A stretch of DNA of 64,000 bases, taken from the NCBI GenBank assembly GCA_016187335.1, contig JACPJW010000001.1, positions 288,001 to 352,000 on the forward strand, read 5' to 3'. Origin of the DNA: Candidatus Aenigmatarchaeota archaeon. GTDB lineage: Archaea; Aenigmatarchaeota; Aenigmatarchaeia; GW2011-AR5. Shown here in pieces: positions 46,175-55,892 of this stretch; position 1 is the stretch's first letter; each line of letters begins with the position of its first letter. The notes beneath the pieces were generated by a model. The model did not search any database, was not told where the DNA came from, and saw nothing but the letters and a program-made list of their open reading frames with translations. The position numbers and the translations under genes are program-made.

Positions 46175-46695
46175 TTTATCTTCCTCAAAACGAACTGGAT
46201 CTCCTGGATGCCCCCGAACTTGTACAAAAGAAACCTCTCGCTGAACCAGTGGTTTATGTTCAGGATTTTATTCCAGAAACGGCAGAACGGCTTGAATAAT
46301 ATTTTCCCTTTTCTGAAGTTATCCGGGTCGTCCCACACAAGCCTTGCCGATACGGGCTCAAAAAAATCCTTTGTATCCGTCAGAACGGACCATATGCTAA
46401 AGCCTTTTTCATGAACGTGGACGCCATAGCTGCGGGAAAAATGCGGGACATTGAGGCGGAAAATCCCGCCTTTCTTGAGAATTCTGCCTGTCTCTTTCAT
46501 GGCTCTGCTCGGGTCTTTCAAATGCTCAATAACGTGGTTCATGAATACTTCTTCCGCGCTGCTGTTCCTGAATGGCCACGGATATTTGTTGAGGTCTGCA
46601 TTCCTGTCTATCTTTGCTCCGGGGCATTCCGAAAGGTTGTCAACGTTCACGTAGCCCTTGAGATAAGCGTACCCGCACCCTAAATGTAGCTTCAT
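46171..46695 (-). CDS. SAM-dependent methyltransferase (type 11-like)
   Basis: LHLGCG, HVIEHL, VPH. Confidence 0.82.
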   Translation of the reverse strand: MKLHLGCGYAYLKGYVNVDNLSECPGAKIDRNADLNKYPWPFRNSSAEEVFMNHVIEHLKDPSRAMKETGRILKKGGIFRLNVPHFSRSYGVHVHEKGFSIWSVLTDTKDFFEPVSARLVWDDPDNFRKGKILFKPFCRFWNKILNINHWFSERFLLYKFGGIQEIQFVLRKIK

Positions 46696-46710
46696 ATTTA
46701 CCAAATCGCT

Positions 46711-47442
46711 TTATTCAAGCCCTTTCTTGAACCTGCTCAGTTTCAGGTTGGCCTCGAACAATTCGTCAATAGTTCCCGCATCAAGCCAGTGGCCGTCTAT
46801 AACTGAAGCCTTGAGCGCTCCTTTCTTCAGGAAATAGCTGTTGAGCTCTGTTATCTCTGTTTCACCCCTTGCAGAAGGCTTGAGATGCCTGATAACTTCG
46901 AACACCGAGGGGGCGTACATGTTAACGCCTATGGATATCATCGTTGTGGGCGGGTTTTCGGGTTTTTCTATGAGCTGCACAACCCTGTCGCCGTCAAGCA
47001 CTGCCACGCCGGATTTCCTCGCCTGTTCTACGGTGCCTTTGTAAAGAAGAATCCTTGCCTCTTCGTCGCCCTTTTCAAACTCGTCCACGAATTTTTTGAT
47101 AGGATGCGTCAATATATTGTCGCCGTTTATTGCTACGAATTTGTCGCCATCCACAAAATCCTCGGCTATGCCGATAGCTGAAGGGATTCCTGAAGCCTCG
47201 TCCTGCAGCTTGTACGTGAAATTGACCCCAAGATCCTTCCCGGAACCCAGCAGCGAAAAAACGGCACCGCCGTGATGCGGGCTTGTTATGACAAGTATGT
47301 CCTTTATGCCGGCTGATTTCAACGCCTCTATCGGATAGAAAATCATGGGCATGTCAAAAACAGGCAGTAAGTGCTTGTTTGTTACCTTTGTCAGCGGCAT
47401 AAGCCTTTTTGCAGTGCCTCCCGCAAGTATTACCCCTTTCAT
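46711..47442 (-). CDS. rmlA: Glucose-1-phosphate thymidylyltransferase (short form)
   Basis: LAGGTAKRLMPLT...KHLLPV, GDN, EKP, SARGETEIT, WLDAGT. Confidence 0.9.
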   Translation of the reverse strand: MKGVILAGGTAKRLMPLTKVTNKHLLPVFDMPMIFYPIEALKSAGIKDILVITSPHHGGAVFSLLGSGKDLGVNFTYKLQDEASGIPSAIGIAEDFVDGDKFVAINGDNILTHPIKKFVDEFEKGDEEARILLYKGTVEQARKSGVAVLDGDRVVQLIEKPENPPTTMISIGVNMYAPSVFEVIRHLKPSARGETEITELNSYFLKKGALKASVIDGHWLDAGTIDELFEANLKLSRFKKGLE

Positions 47443-47511
47443 GCCAAAAGGTTACAGCGAAAACTTTTAATTCATACTTAATTCTTAAGCTTGTTTTTAC
47501 TAACTACACTC

Positions 47512-48204
47512 ATGATTTCGCTGATAGTTCCTTCTTTCAACGAGCAGGATTATATCGAAACCGCCATAAGGAAAATAACCGGATTTATGAAAGGATATGA
47601 CTACGAGCTCATCGTCGTTGAGGAGAGCACCGACAGGACGCCGGAAATCGTTGAAAGGCTGTCAGCGAGAAACAAAAGGATAAAACACATGCATTTTGAC
47701 GTTCGCCTTGGGAAGGGCGGGGCCATAGAAAAGGGCGTTGAAGCAGCCAGAGGCGAATATGTGGTTTTCATGGATGCTGACTTGTCCACGGACCTTTCTT
47801 CAATAAAGCTTATTGTTGAAAACCTGCCAAAATATGACGTTGTCGTCGGGTCCAGGTATCACCCGCTCTCCAGGTCCGACAGGACGGTTTTGCGGCTGCT
47901 GCTGAGCAAGGCGTATTCTGTATGCGTGCGTGCGCTTCTGGGGCTGTTCAGGCCGAACGACCTGCAGTGCGGCATGAAAGGCTTCAAGCGAAGCAAAGCC
48001 ATGAAAATTATTCCATTAAGAAACAGGGGGTTTTTCTGGGACACCGAATTCATCTTTTATGCAAAAAGGCTTGGCTTCAGCATAGGCGAAGTGCCTGTGG
48101 TATGGGTCGAGAAGAAGGTCAGGGGCAGCGGCTCGGGAAAATTAAAGAACATTATATATATGGGAAAGTCCCTGGTAAAGCTGTTTATCAGGAATTTATG
48201 GTAA
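47512..48204 (+). CDS. GT2 dolichol-phosphate glycosyltransferase-like
   Basis: VPSFNE, GKGGA, FMDADLST, GSRY, DLQCGMK, FWDTE. Confidence 0.87.
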   Translation: MISLIVPSFNEQDYIETAIRKITGFMKGYDYELIVVEESTDRTPEIVERLSARNKRIKHMHFDVRLGKGGAIEKGVEAARGEYVVFMDADLSTDLSSIKLIVENLPKYDVVVGSRYHPLSRSDRTVLRLLLSKAYSVCVRALLGLFRPNDLQCGMKGFKRSKAMKIIPLRNRGFFWDTEFIFYAKRLGFSIGEVPVVWVEKKVRGSGSGKLKNIIYMGKSLVKLFIRNLW

Positions 48205-48218
48205 GAATCAGATGAAAT

Positions 48219-49151
48219 TCAGGCGATATTGTTTCTCCAGTAGTCCAGCGTGTCCTGCAGGGTTTTTTCCAGGGGTATCTCAGGCTTCCATCCCAGGCTG
48301 CGCAGCTTCGTGTTGTCGCCGATGAATATGGGGTCGTCGGCGGGGCGGAATTTTGCTTTGTCCGTGATAACTTTTATTTTCGCTGTGCTCAGTGACGTCA
48401 TCTTTTCTAAAATTTCTTTCATTTTATGGCCTTTGCCGCTGCAGATGTTGTAAGCGTCTCCCCACCTGCCCTTTTTTGTGAGCGTCCAGATAGCTTTTAC
48501 GGAGTCCCTGACGTCAGTAAAATCCACTACGGGTTCGAGGTTTCCCACTCCCAGCTCTTTTCTGGTGCCTGCCTCTATTTCTGCAATTCCTTTCGCCCAG
48601 TCGGCTACGGCTGAGCCGGTCTTTCTCGGGCCTATTGTGTTGAAGAACCGCAGCCGGAGGATTTTCATTCCGTAGCTCCGCCAGTAAAGAAACCCAAGCA
48701 TATCAGTGGCTGCCTTGCTCACTGCGTAAGGGGATGACGGCCTGAATTCTTTCGTTTCTTTTATGGGTATTTCTTCCGGATGGCTGAGCCCGTAGGCAGC
48801 CGAGCTTGAAGCAATGCAAACCACAGCGCCGCTTTCTTTCAGCGCTTCCAGCAGGTGGTGAGTCCCGATTACGTTTATTTCATAGGTTTTCTCGGGGTCT
48901 TGCCATGACGGTATCACAAAGCTCTGGGCGGCCATATGAAATACGTAGTCCGGCTCTGTTTTTTTTACGAGATTTTCTATGTCGTTTTTGTCTGAAAAAT
49001 CGCACGCCGTTATTTTTATTTTTTTCTCGCTTTGCCTCAGGTTGTCCTTGTTTTTGTGAACGGTTGCGCAAACTTCCGCTCCTTCCTCTACGAGGAAATC
49101 TGTGATATATGAGCCTATAAATCCGCCGGCGCCTGTAACTAATGCCTTCAT
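48219..49151 (-). CDS. Gmd/Rmd/DmhA-family GDP-sugar SDR (probably a reductase)
   Basis: HMAAQSFV, SSSAAYG, PYAVSK, GNLEPVVDFTDVRD, RPAD. Confidence 0.8.
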   Translation of the reverse strand: MKALVTGAGGFIGSYITDFLVEEGAEVCATVHKNKDNLRQSEKKIKITACDFSDKNDIENLVKKTEPDYVFHMAAQSFVIPSWQDPEKTYEINVIGTHHLLEALKESGAVVCIASSSAAYGLSHPEEIPIKETKEFRPSSPYAVSKAATDMLGFLYWRSYGMKILRLRFFNTIGPRKTGSAVADWAKGIAEIEAGTRKELGVGNLEPVVDFTDVRDSVKAIWTLTKKGRWGDAYNICSGKGHKMKEILEKMTSLSTAKIKVITDKAKFRPADDPIFIGDNTKLRSLGWKPEIPLEKTLQDTLDYWRNNIA

Positions 49152-49212
49152 AATTTTCAGAAAAGCATTATAGTGAAACATTAAAAAACTTGTTTGGACG
49201 ATTAATACAGCT

Positions 49213-49938
49213 ATGATTAGGAATACTGATTTGCTGAGGAGGGCCGGGAAGATAGAAGGCATGCTTACGGACAGGGAAATGCTTCTCCTCCGCAGCCTTG
49301 CGAAAAACGGGCCCGGAAAAGGGGCGATTGTCGAGATAGGAAGCTACAAGGGGAAGTCCACAGCATGCCTTGCCCTCGGGACGAAGGAAGCAAAAAGAGA
49401 GAAAGTGTTTGCGGTGGACTGGCATAAGGGATGGAAAAACGCGGTAAAGGGCGGGACATTCGGCGAGTTTTCAGAAAACATGAAAAAACTGGGCGTTGAA
49501 GATTACGTCATGCCTGTTGTAATGAAGTCCGAGGATGCGGCAGTGATATGGAGGAAAAAAAATGCGCCAATAAGGCTTCTTTGGATAGACGGGTCTCATG
49601 ATTACAAGGATGTCAGGAAAGATTTTGTCCTGTGGAACAGGTTTCTTGTGGAAGGCGGTATTGTGGCCTTTCACGATTCTTTCTGGGAGGGGCCTTACAG
49701 GGTTGTAAACGAATATCTGCTTAAATCCGGAAGGTTTTCCTGCGCGGGAATGGTGGATTACATAGCATTTGCCGTTAAGTCAAAGGCTGACGCCAAAGAA
49801 AGGAACAGGAACAGGAGAATGCTTTTGCTGCGTTCGCTGCTGAAGTACCCCATGAGAGCCGAGCATCTTCACCCCGCGTTCATAAACAGGATTATTAAAA
49901 ACAGGCTTCTCAGCGGCTTCAGGTCAGAAAAGTTTTAG
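49213..49938 (+). CDS. Class I SAM-dependent methyltransferase (Methyltransf_24-like)
   Basis: VEIGSYKGKS, WIDGSHDY, VAFHD. Confidence 0.87.
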   Translation: MIRNTDLLRRAGKIEGMLTDREMLLLRSLAKNGPGKGAIVEIGSYKGKSTACLALGTKEAKREKVFAVDWHKGWKNAVKGGTFGEFSENMKKLGVEDYVMPVVMKSEDAAVIWRKKNAPIRLLWIDGSHDYKDVRKDFVLWNRFLVEGGIVAFHDSFWEGPYRVVNEYLLKSGRFSCAGMVDYIAFAVKSKADAKERNRNRRMLLLRSLLKYPMRAEHLHPAFINRIIKNRLLSGFRSEKF

Positions 49939-51423
49939 CAGAAATTCCGGGACGGGTATCCCGGATTTTTTAAGGATGAGCAGCTCGTCTTTTTTCACCG
50001 TTTTCGTCAGGTACAGGGACGCCAGGTACACAACGGATCCCAGGAACAGCGCAATTACTGCTTCATGCCACGGGTCTGCTGAAACAAGATGCTTTGTGAA
50101 AGTTATTGCGGCAAAAGCGGCTGCGCCGCAGAAAAACGCCTTCACAATATCATGAGCATAAACATCCACAAGCGACATTTTTTTCAGGTAGCTTACGGCT
50201 AGAACAGTACCTATGAAATATGATACGAGGGTGGCAACCGCCGCTCCTGTTATTCCGACCGACGGTATCAGCAGGAGGTTGATCAGTATATTTGCGGCGC
50301 TTAGGGTTAGCACAATCCTCATGTTCTCTCTTGTTTTGCCGATTCCTATGATTGATATCGAGGTTACGGAAAAAACAGTGTAAAATATGGAATTAATAGC
50401 CAGTATTTGCAGCGCTGTTGACGCCCCCGCATACTTGGAGCCGAAAAGCATGGTTATTATAACTTCCGGAAATGCCACGATTGTTATAACAAAGGGTATC
50501 GCTACTATGAATGAAAATTTCAGCATAAGGCTCAATATTCGTGATATCGTGGCCGCGTCGCCTTTTGCCCAGAGTTCCGAAACTATCGGGAGTATGACAA
50601 TGGATACGGACCCCAGTAAAACCCATAATATCTGGGAGGTCGGCAGTGCAACTTGGTACAATCCCACGTCGGACACGGACAGAAAGGCTGTTATCATTAT
50701 CGTGTCTGCATAGCCGAGAAAAACGCCTCCTATGTTTGAAAAAAACAGCGGCTTCCCGAAATCGACTATCTCTTTTGTCAGTTTCCTGTCAAAATGCCCC
50801 TTCACGGAAAAAAACGGGAATGACTTCAGGATCATCAGGAACAGGATTATCGTCAGGGCTATTGTGCTGAACAAATAGCTGTATGAAACGCCCAGCAGCC
50901 CCATTGGAAGAAGAACTACGGCAAAAGCCAGTGTGATTATGTTTCTGAAAGGCTCTACTAAAGAATAAAGCTCTATTTTTCCCAGTCCCTGAAGAACGTA
51001 TTGAAGGGACACGAAAACCCCGAAAATAAAGGAAACCAGTATCGGGAATATTATAGTTTCAGCCTTGGCTGACTTGAAGAACGCCGAGGCAAGATAAGGC
51101 GATAAAACGAAAAATACGGAGGAAAAAATTAATGCCAGAAAAAGCTGCATCGCAATGACGGAATAAATCACCGACTTTATCGATTCGCTGTCATTTTTAG
51201 CCCTGAACTGCGCGATGAATCTTGTCATGGCTGAGGAAAACCCTATGTCCTTGAAGACGACAAGGAATCCAACAGCCGACAAAACTGCGTACAGCAGCCC
51301 GAAATCTTCCACGCTCAGGTTCCTTGCCAGATAAACCCTCAGGAGCGTGCTGAAGAAGCCGCCGATGAAATACATCGTGAATATCCAGAAGCTTCCCTTT
51401 ATGATTCTTTCGGCGTAATTCAT
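49924..51423 (-). CDS. Oligosaccharide flippase (Wzx/MOP family)
   Basis: 12-14 TM segments; DTIMIT...VGLYQVA; GAAVAT. Confidence 0.88.
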   Translation of the reverse strand: MNYAERIIKGSFWIFTMYFIGGFFSTLLRVYLARNLSVEDFGLLYAVLSAVGFLVVFKDIGFSSAMTRFIAQFRAKNDSESIKSVIYSVIAMQLFLALIFSSVFFVLSPYLASAFFKSAKAETIIFPILVSFIFGVFVSLQYVLQGLGKIELYSLVEPFRNIITLAFAVVLLPMGLLGVSYSYLFSTIALTIILFLMILKSFPFFSVKGHFDRKLTKEIVDFGKPLFFSNIGGVFLGYADTIMITAFLSVSDVGLYQVALPTSQILWVLLGSVSIVILPIVSELWAKGDAATISRILSLMLKFSFIVAIPFVITIVAFPEVIITMLFGSKYAGASTALQILAINSIFYTVFSVTSISIIGIGKTRENMRIVLTLSAANILINLLLIPSVGITGAAVATLVSYFIGTVLAVSYLKKMSLVDVYAHDIVKAFFCGAAAFAAITFTKHLVSADPWHEAVIALFLGSVVYLASLYLTKTVKKDELLILKKSGIPVPEFLLKLF

Positions 51424-52508
51424 TGCAATCCCTCGTATAGCTTTTCCACGCTCTTGGCAACGCTATCCCATGAGTATTTTTTTGCCGTATTAAGCCCGTT
51501 CTTTATGACCTGCCTTCTGCTTTTTTTGGATGTCAGCATCTCCATTATTTTTTCCTTCAGTTCGGATTCGCTGCTGTATAAACGCGAGTTGCCGCTGTTG
51601 CAGAAAAAATAGGCATCAAGGTTTTTTGCCACGACAGGAACTCCTGCTGCCATGGATTCAAGCAGGATCAGGCCCAGCCCTTCCACGGAAGACGGGTTGA
51701 CGAGCAGGTCCGAGGATTTTATTATGCCGAATTTTTCCTCCTCGCTCACATATCCGAAAAATTTGGCGTCCACTCCCAGGCGCTGGGCGAGCCGTTTCAG
51801 CTCGTATTCGTCGGTTCCGGACCCTATGATGTTGAGCCTTATGCCTTTGATTTCAGAAGAAATCTCGCCTATTATTTTTATCAGCGTGTCGACATTCTTG
51901 TATTTTACAAGCCTTCCTACGTAAGTGATGCTTAGCTCTCTTTTTTTTGCCCTGATTTTTTTTATAAAATTTAAGTCAACTCCGCTCGGTATTACTTCCA
52001 CGTTTCTGAACCCCAGGATGGAAAGTTTTTTTGCCGTCGTTGGCGAGTTGGCTATGACCCTGTTATAAGGCGTTACTGACCAAAGGACTTCCATCGTTTT
52101 GCCCGCGGAAGAAAGGGGGAACGGAAAGTACTCGTTCCACTGGTTCCAGTAGATGTCGTGGAATGTTGCGACTACAGGAGTTTTTATGAGCGGCTTAAGC
52201 AGTCCTGCAAAGGATGATATTCCCTGATTGGCGTCTATTACGTCGCTGCGGGAAGAAGCAGCCTTGAGCAGCGCCGGGAAATAAGTTGCCAGCGCCGGGA
52301 CGCTCCTCTTGTCAAGGGGATGCGACGAGCCGACTCTCGTTATTTCAACGCCTTTGTGCTCCTCTTTCCTTTCGTGCCCGTCAAATCTCAGCGAGAAAAC
52401 AGTGACTTCATGCCTTTTTGCCAGCCTTATGGCTATTTCATAGTATCTTCTTTCGGCTCCTCCAAGAAGGTACGGGTAGAAAAGCTCCGAAAGCATGCAT
52501 ATTTTCAT
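51420..52508 (-). CDS. Glycosyltransferase family 4
   Basis: GGAERR, YVGRLVKYKN, EGLGLILLESMAAG. Confidence 0.9.
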   Translation of the reverse strand: MKICMLSELFYPYLLGGAERRYYEIAIRLAKRHEVTVFSLRFDGHERKEEHKGVEITRVGSSHPLDKRSVPALATYFPALLKAASSRSDVIDANQGISSFAGLLKPLIKTPVVATFHDIYWNQWNEYFPFPLSSAGKTMEVLWSVTPYNRVIANSPTTAKKLSILGFRNVEVIPSGVDLNFIKKIRAKKRELSITYVGRLVKYKNVDTLIKIIGEISSEIKGIRLNIIGSGTDEYELKRLAQRLGVDAKFFGYVSEEEKFGIIKSSDLLVNPSSVEGLGLILLESMAAGVPVVAKNLDAYFFCNSGNSRLYSSESELKEKIMEMLTSKKSRRQVIKNGLNTAKKYSWDSVAKSVEKLYEGLQ

Positions 52509-52556
52509 GGTAACTCTTCAGAACTAATTTTTTATATGCTTATCTCGGATACGTTG

Positions 52557-53720
52557 TCATTCGCCAAATTTTACCCTGAAGAGCTTGACTTCCCCGCCCC
52601 AGTCCCTTATGAATTCGAATTTTTCCAGGCCGAAGCCGTTGAAAAAGAACATTCTTGTAAACATTGACTGCTCCAGTTCAGGCTGGATAAATACAATGGT
52701 TCTCCTCGACCCGTCAAGCCACAGTAGCCCTTTGACATCCGATTCCTGTTCAAACGTCAGCGCCCCGTTCCCTTCCCTGTCAAAGTAAAACAGTTTCTCT
52801 ACTTTCAGCAGCTGCCCCTGCTGCTGAAGGAACGCCTTGATGGTGTTGTTGGTTTCGTAAAGGACAAACGCCTGCTGGGGACCCAGGCGGTAAGTGTATG
52901 CCAGGGCGTTCTGGCCTAGAATAGGCCTTGTGCTTTCCAGCGGCACCATGACGTATACGTACCTGCTGCCGTAGTTTGGCGGGTTTGTTGGATCCCATGT
53001 GGCAAAATAAGACCACCACTGGCTTTTGCTTATCAGGTCAGAAGACGCTATGTAATACATTTCGTCGCAGCCGGGCTTCATGTAATCTTTCAGAATGCTG
53101 GCCGCCAGCGTTTCGTTTGTTGTGAGCAGTGTGGTCCCGATGTCCTGTATCCTTGCTCTTACTACGTTGTCGCCCTTGTACTGGAAGACGCGCGATATCC
53201 CGTTCTCATGCCTTTCGATGAATATGCCTGTTTTATTGCCAGTGTTCGGCTGGTAGAAAACCTCGCTCTGTGAGGCGCCGTCAAAAATCACGGACCTTTT
53301 TGCTATGCCGGTTATGAAGTGCCCCGGATCCCAGTACGTAGCCACGACGGCGCACCCCTTTGTGTTGTTCTTTATCCAGTTCAGCGCCTCCCACCAGTTG
53401 TCGCTCAGCACAGTTCCGGAGCACTCGGATATGATTACGCTCTGCATGTAAAACACGTTTATGAAAAATACGAAAATCAGCACGAGTATCAGCATTGTCA
53501 CCGTTTCCCTCGTGCTCAGGTTATTCCTGAACCTGAGCGCCGCCAGCAAAGCCAGGACGACGAATGTCCCTATGTACAGTTGCATGCCGTAGGAACTTTG
53601 CCATGACGCGTCGCTGACCAGGTTGCATGTGGTCTTGGTCGGCAAATAAAGAAATACCAGAAAATAAACTATTGCAACTGCCAAAACAGCTGCTGTCGTC
53701 CTGTTCATCCTGAATTCCAT
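52557..53720 (-). CDS. aglB: Oligosaccharyltransferase AglB/STT3, C-terminal half
   Basis: Three TM segments, then WWEALNWIKNNT, YWDPGH (WWDxG motif variant), FDG, DLISK (DK-type motif), SMFTRM. Confidence 0.85.
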   Translation of the reverse strand: MEFRMNRTTAAVLAVAIVYFLVFLYLPTKTTCNLVSDASWQSSYGMQLYIGTFVVLALLAALRFRNNLSTRETVTMLILVLIFVFFINVFYMQSVIISECSGTVLSDNWWEALNWIKNNTKGCAVVATYWDPGHFITGIAKRSVIFDGASQSEVFYQPNTGNKTGIFIERHENGISRVFQYKGDNVVRARIQDIGTTLLTTNETLAASILKDYMKPGCDEMYYIASSDLISKSQWWSYFATWDPTNPPNYGSRYVYVMVPLESTRPILGQNALAYTYRLGPQQAFVLYETNNTIKAFLQQQGQLLKVEKLFYFDREGNGALTFEQESDVKGLLWLDGSRRTIVFIQPELEQSMFTRMFFFNGFGLEKFEFIRDWGGEVKLFRVKFGE

Positions 53721-53730
53721 GGTAACCCAC

Positions 53731-54906
53731 TCAATCGGCCAGTGACTTGTCCTCTCCGGATGCCATCCTTAAAAGCTTTGAAAAGAGGATGCCCGTGCCT
53801 ATTGCCATCGGCGCGGCGAAAAGTATTGTAAACCTTATTGCAACTATTGTTGCAAGGAAAGGCCCTACGAACCATATCCCCAGAAGTATCAGCGTATCGA
53901 GGTGTTTTTTCGTCCTGATGTAAGAATACGACAGGTAAATCAGCGATGCAATGAGCAGGAAAAAGGGAAGGCCTGTCCTGTTTATTATGTCGCGCGGGCC
54001 TTCGGGATTCTGCAGCTCCGCTACGGAAACGTACACATTGGGGAAAGTCCCGCCTTCGGCTTTTATCGAGGGGAATTCGAGGGGTCCCGTGACCGTGGCA
54101 TTGACTATGCTGAATCCGAATATGGGTATGGCCAGAATGAAGAAAGTGAGCAGAATCAATATGTAGGATTTGATGATCACGTTGTTTTCCTGCCATAATT
54201 TCCTCAAATCCCTGGTTTTTATGTATTTTGAAAGCATTTTCAAAAAAAGGAATCCTGATATTAGCCACAGGACGTACCAGAATCCGCCCCATGTCAGTCT
54301 CCACGCAACAAGCGTGGCGCCTGTTAAAATGGAAAGGGCGCCTATTTTCCATGTTAATCTTTCCGCTCTTTCGGACAGCCTGTGCGTGACAAGGTAGAGT
54401 GCTATTATGACAAGGGGCATAAGCAACACTATCCCGTCGTTGTCGGGGTCGCCGCCGAGCGTCCTTGCTATTATGAACGTGTCAAAAATTATCATGGCTG
54501 CCGCAAAAATTCCGGCCTTCCTGTCGTAAAGCATTTTTGTTATGAAATACATGGGCACTGCCATCAGCGACGCAAGCAGGGCGGGAAACCATACAAGGTA
54601 TTGCCAGAGGGTCATTCCTGGTATCAGCAGCCTGAGAAACATGTAAAAATATGCCCCGACATATGCGTAGAAATCCTGGCCGCGTTTTGTGCCGTACGGG
54701 GCAAGCTTCAGCACGTCAACTCCCGGCAGTGTCCCGTTGTTCTCGGTTATTTCTTCCATTTCCTTGGCAAAATTGTACGAGTCTATGTTTCTCAGGTAGG
54801 GCCATCTGTAGTCCAGCGTTCTTACCGTCGTGCCGAGATAAATCAGGAAAATAAGGACGATATAAGGCCAGTATTTTTTTATCATTTCAGCAGTTCTTTC
54901 CTTCAT
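53731..54906 (-). CDS. aglB: Oligosaccharyltransferase AglB/STT3, N-terminal membrane half
   Basis: DSY (metal ligand), RTLGGDPDND (DxD), SVAE (TIXE/SVSE motif), AIRF. Confidence 0.85.
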   Translation of the reverse strand: MKERTAEMIKKYWPYIVLIFLIYLGTTVRTLDYRWPYLRNIDSYNFAKEMEEITENNGTLPGVDVLKLAPYGTKRGQDFYAYVGAYFYMFLRLLIPGMTLWQYLVWFPALLASLMAVPMYFITKMLYDRKAGIFAAAMIIFDTFIIARTLGGDPDNDGIVLLMPLVIIALYLVTHRLSERAERLTWKIGALSILTGATLVAWRLTWGGFWYVLWLISGFLFLKMLSKYIKTRDLRKLWQENNVIIKSYILILLTFFILAIPIFGFSIVNATVTGPLEFPSIKAEGGTFPNVYVSVAELQNPEGPRDIINRTGLPFFLLIASLIYLSYSYIRTKKHLDTLILLGIWFVGPFLATIVAIRFTILFAAPMAIGTGILFSKLLRMASGEDKSLAD

Positions 54907-54959
54907 TATCCGTTATCTCAAGAACAATCTTCTTAAAAGTTAAATTCAAAACATCCCCT

Positions 54960-55892
54960 ATGAAAAAAAGATACGCGCTTGTTCTGCTGAGCGTTCTGAT
55001 TCTCGCCGGTTTGCTTTTCTATTCTGATCCGCAGAAAGTGTACGGCATTTTCCTGCTTAGTGACAAGTCATTTCTGCTTTACGCCTTTCTCATATCGAGC
55101 GCGGGCGTTTTCTTAAGGGTCATGAAATGGAAGCTGCTTCTGAAAAATGCCTCTTTTTTTGATGTTATGCCTGTGCAGTTCCTGGGGTCGACCATAAGCA
55201 ACTTTACTCCGGGGAAGTTCGGCGAGCCTGCAAAAGCGGTTATAATGAAGGCAAAAACCGGCATTCCGGTTTCCCGCACGCTTTCCTCAATAATCTGGGA
55301 AAGGATCATGGACATACTCGTCCTTCTCCTGTTTTCCGCCGTATTCATAGGCAGGTTTTCTTCCGGCCTTTTTGCAGCGGGTGTGTTCAGCGCATTTTTT
55401 TTCGCTGGTGTACTTGTCTTCTTTTTTTCTGTTCTTTACTCCAAAAGATTCGGGATGAAAGTTTTCGGCGTCCTGAAAAAGATGCCGCTGGCGGACAGGA
55501 TATCCGGCGAGTTTATAGAGACTTTTTACAGGGAAAAAATAAATAAAAAATTCCTGATGATGTCGTTTTTCATTACGCTGTTTGCGTGGGTAACCGACGG
55601 CCTTGTATTTTATCTTTCCTTCCGCTCTGTCGGCATTGATTTGGACCCTGTATTTTTTGTCGGGCTGGTCTCGGTGTCAGCCCTGATAGGGATTGCGTCA
55701 TTCCTGCCAGGCGGGCTGGGTTCGACTGATGTCGTGATGGTCCTGCTGCTTTCCGCGTTTATGGATGGTTCCCTAGCAGTTACAGGCGTTTTCGTGGCCA
55801 GGATTATGACTTTCTGGTATTCGTCGCTTCTGGGATGGGCTTCCTTTGTTTACCTTGGCAGGAATATAGAACTGGGAAAAATTCTGGATTAG
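54960..55892 (+). CDS. UPF0104/lysylphosphatidylglycerol-synthase-TM flippase-like protein
   Basis: RVMKW, TPGKFGE, ERIMD, LPGGLG. Confidence 0.85.
   Translation: MKKRYALVLLSVLILAGLLFYSDPQKVYGIFLLSDKSFLLYAFLISSAGVFLRVMKWKLLLKNASFFDVMPVQFLGSTISNFTPGKFGEPAKAVIMKAKTGIPVSRTLSSIIWERIMDILVLLLFSAVFIGRFSSGLFAAGVFSAFFFAGVLVFFFSVLYSKRFGMKVFGVLKKMPLADRISGEFIETFYREKINKKFLMMSFFITLFAWVTDGLVFYLSFRSVGIDLDPVFFVGLVSVSALIGIASFLPGGLGSTDVVMVLLLSAFMDGSLAVTGVFVARIMTFWYSSLLGWASFVYLGRNIELGKILD

Noticed and set aside
53521-53730. ORF continuing the aglB N-half frame past its TGA (possible read-through)
   Set aside because: The translation is hydrophilic and carries no AglB motifs; the C-half motifs are in another frame.
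53705-54352. 215-aa alternative-frame ORF spanning the aglB junction
   Set aside because: It overlaps the motif-bearing aglB frame and has no recognisable features; shadow ORF.
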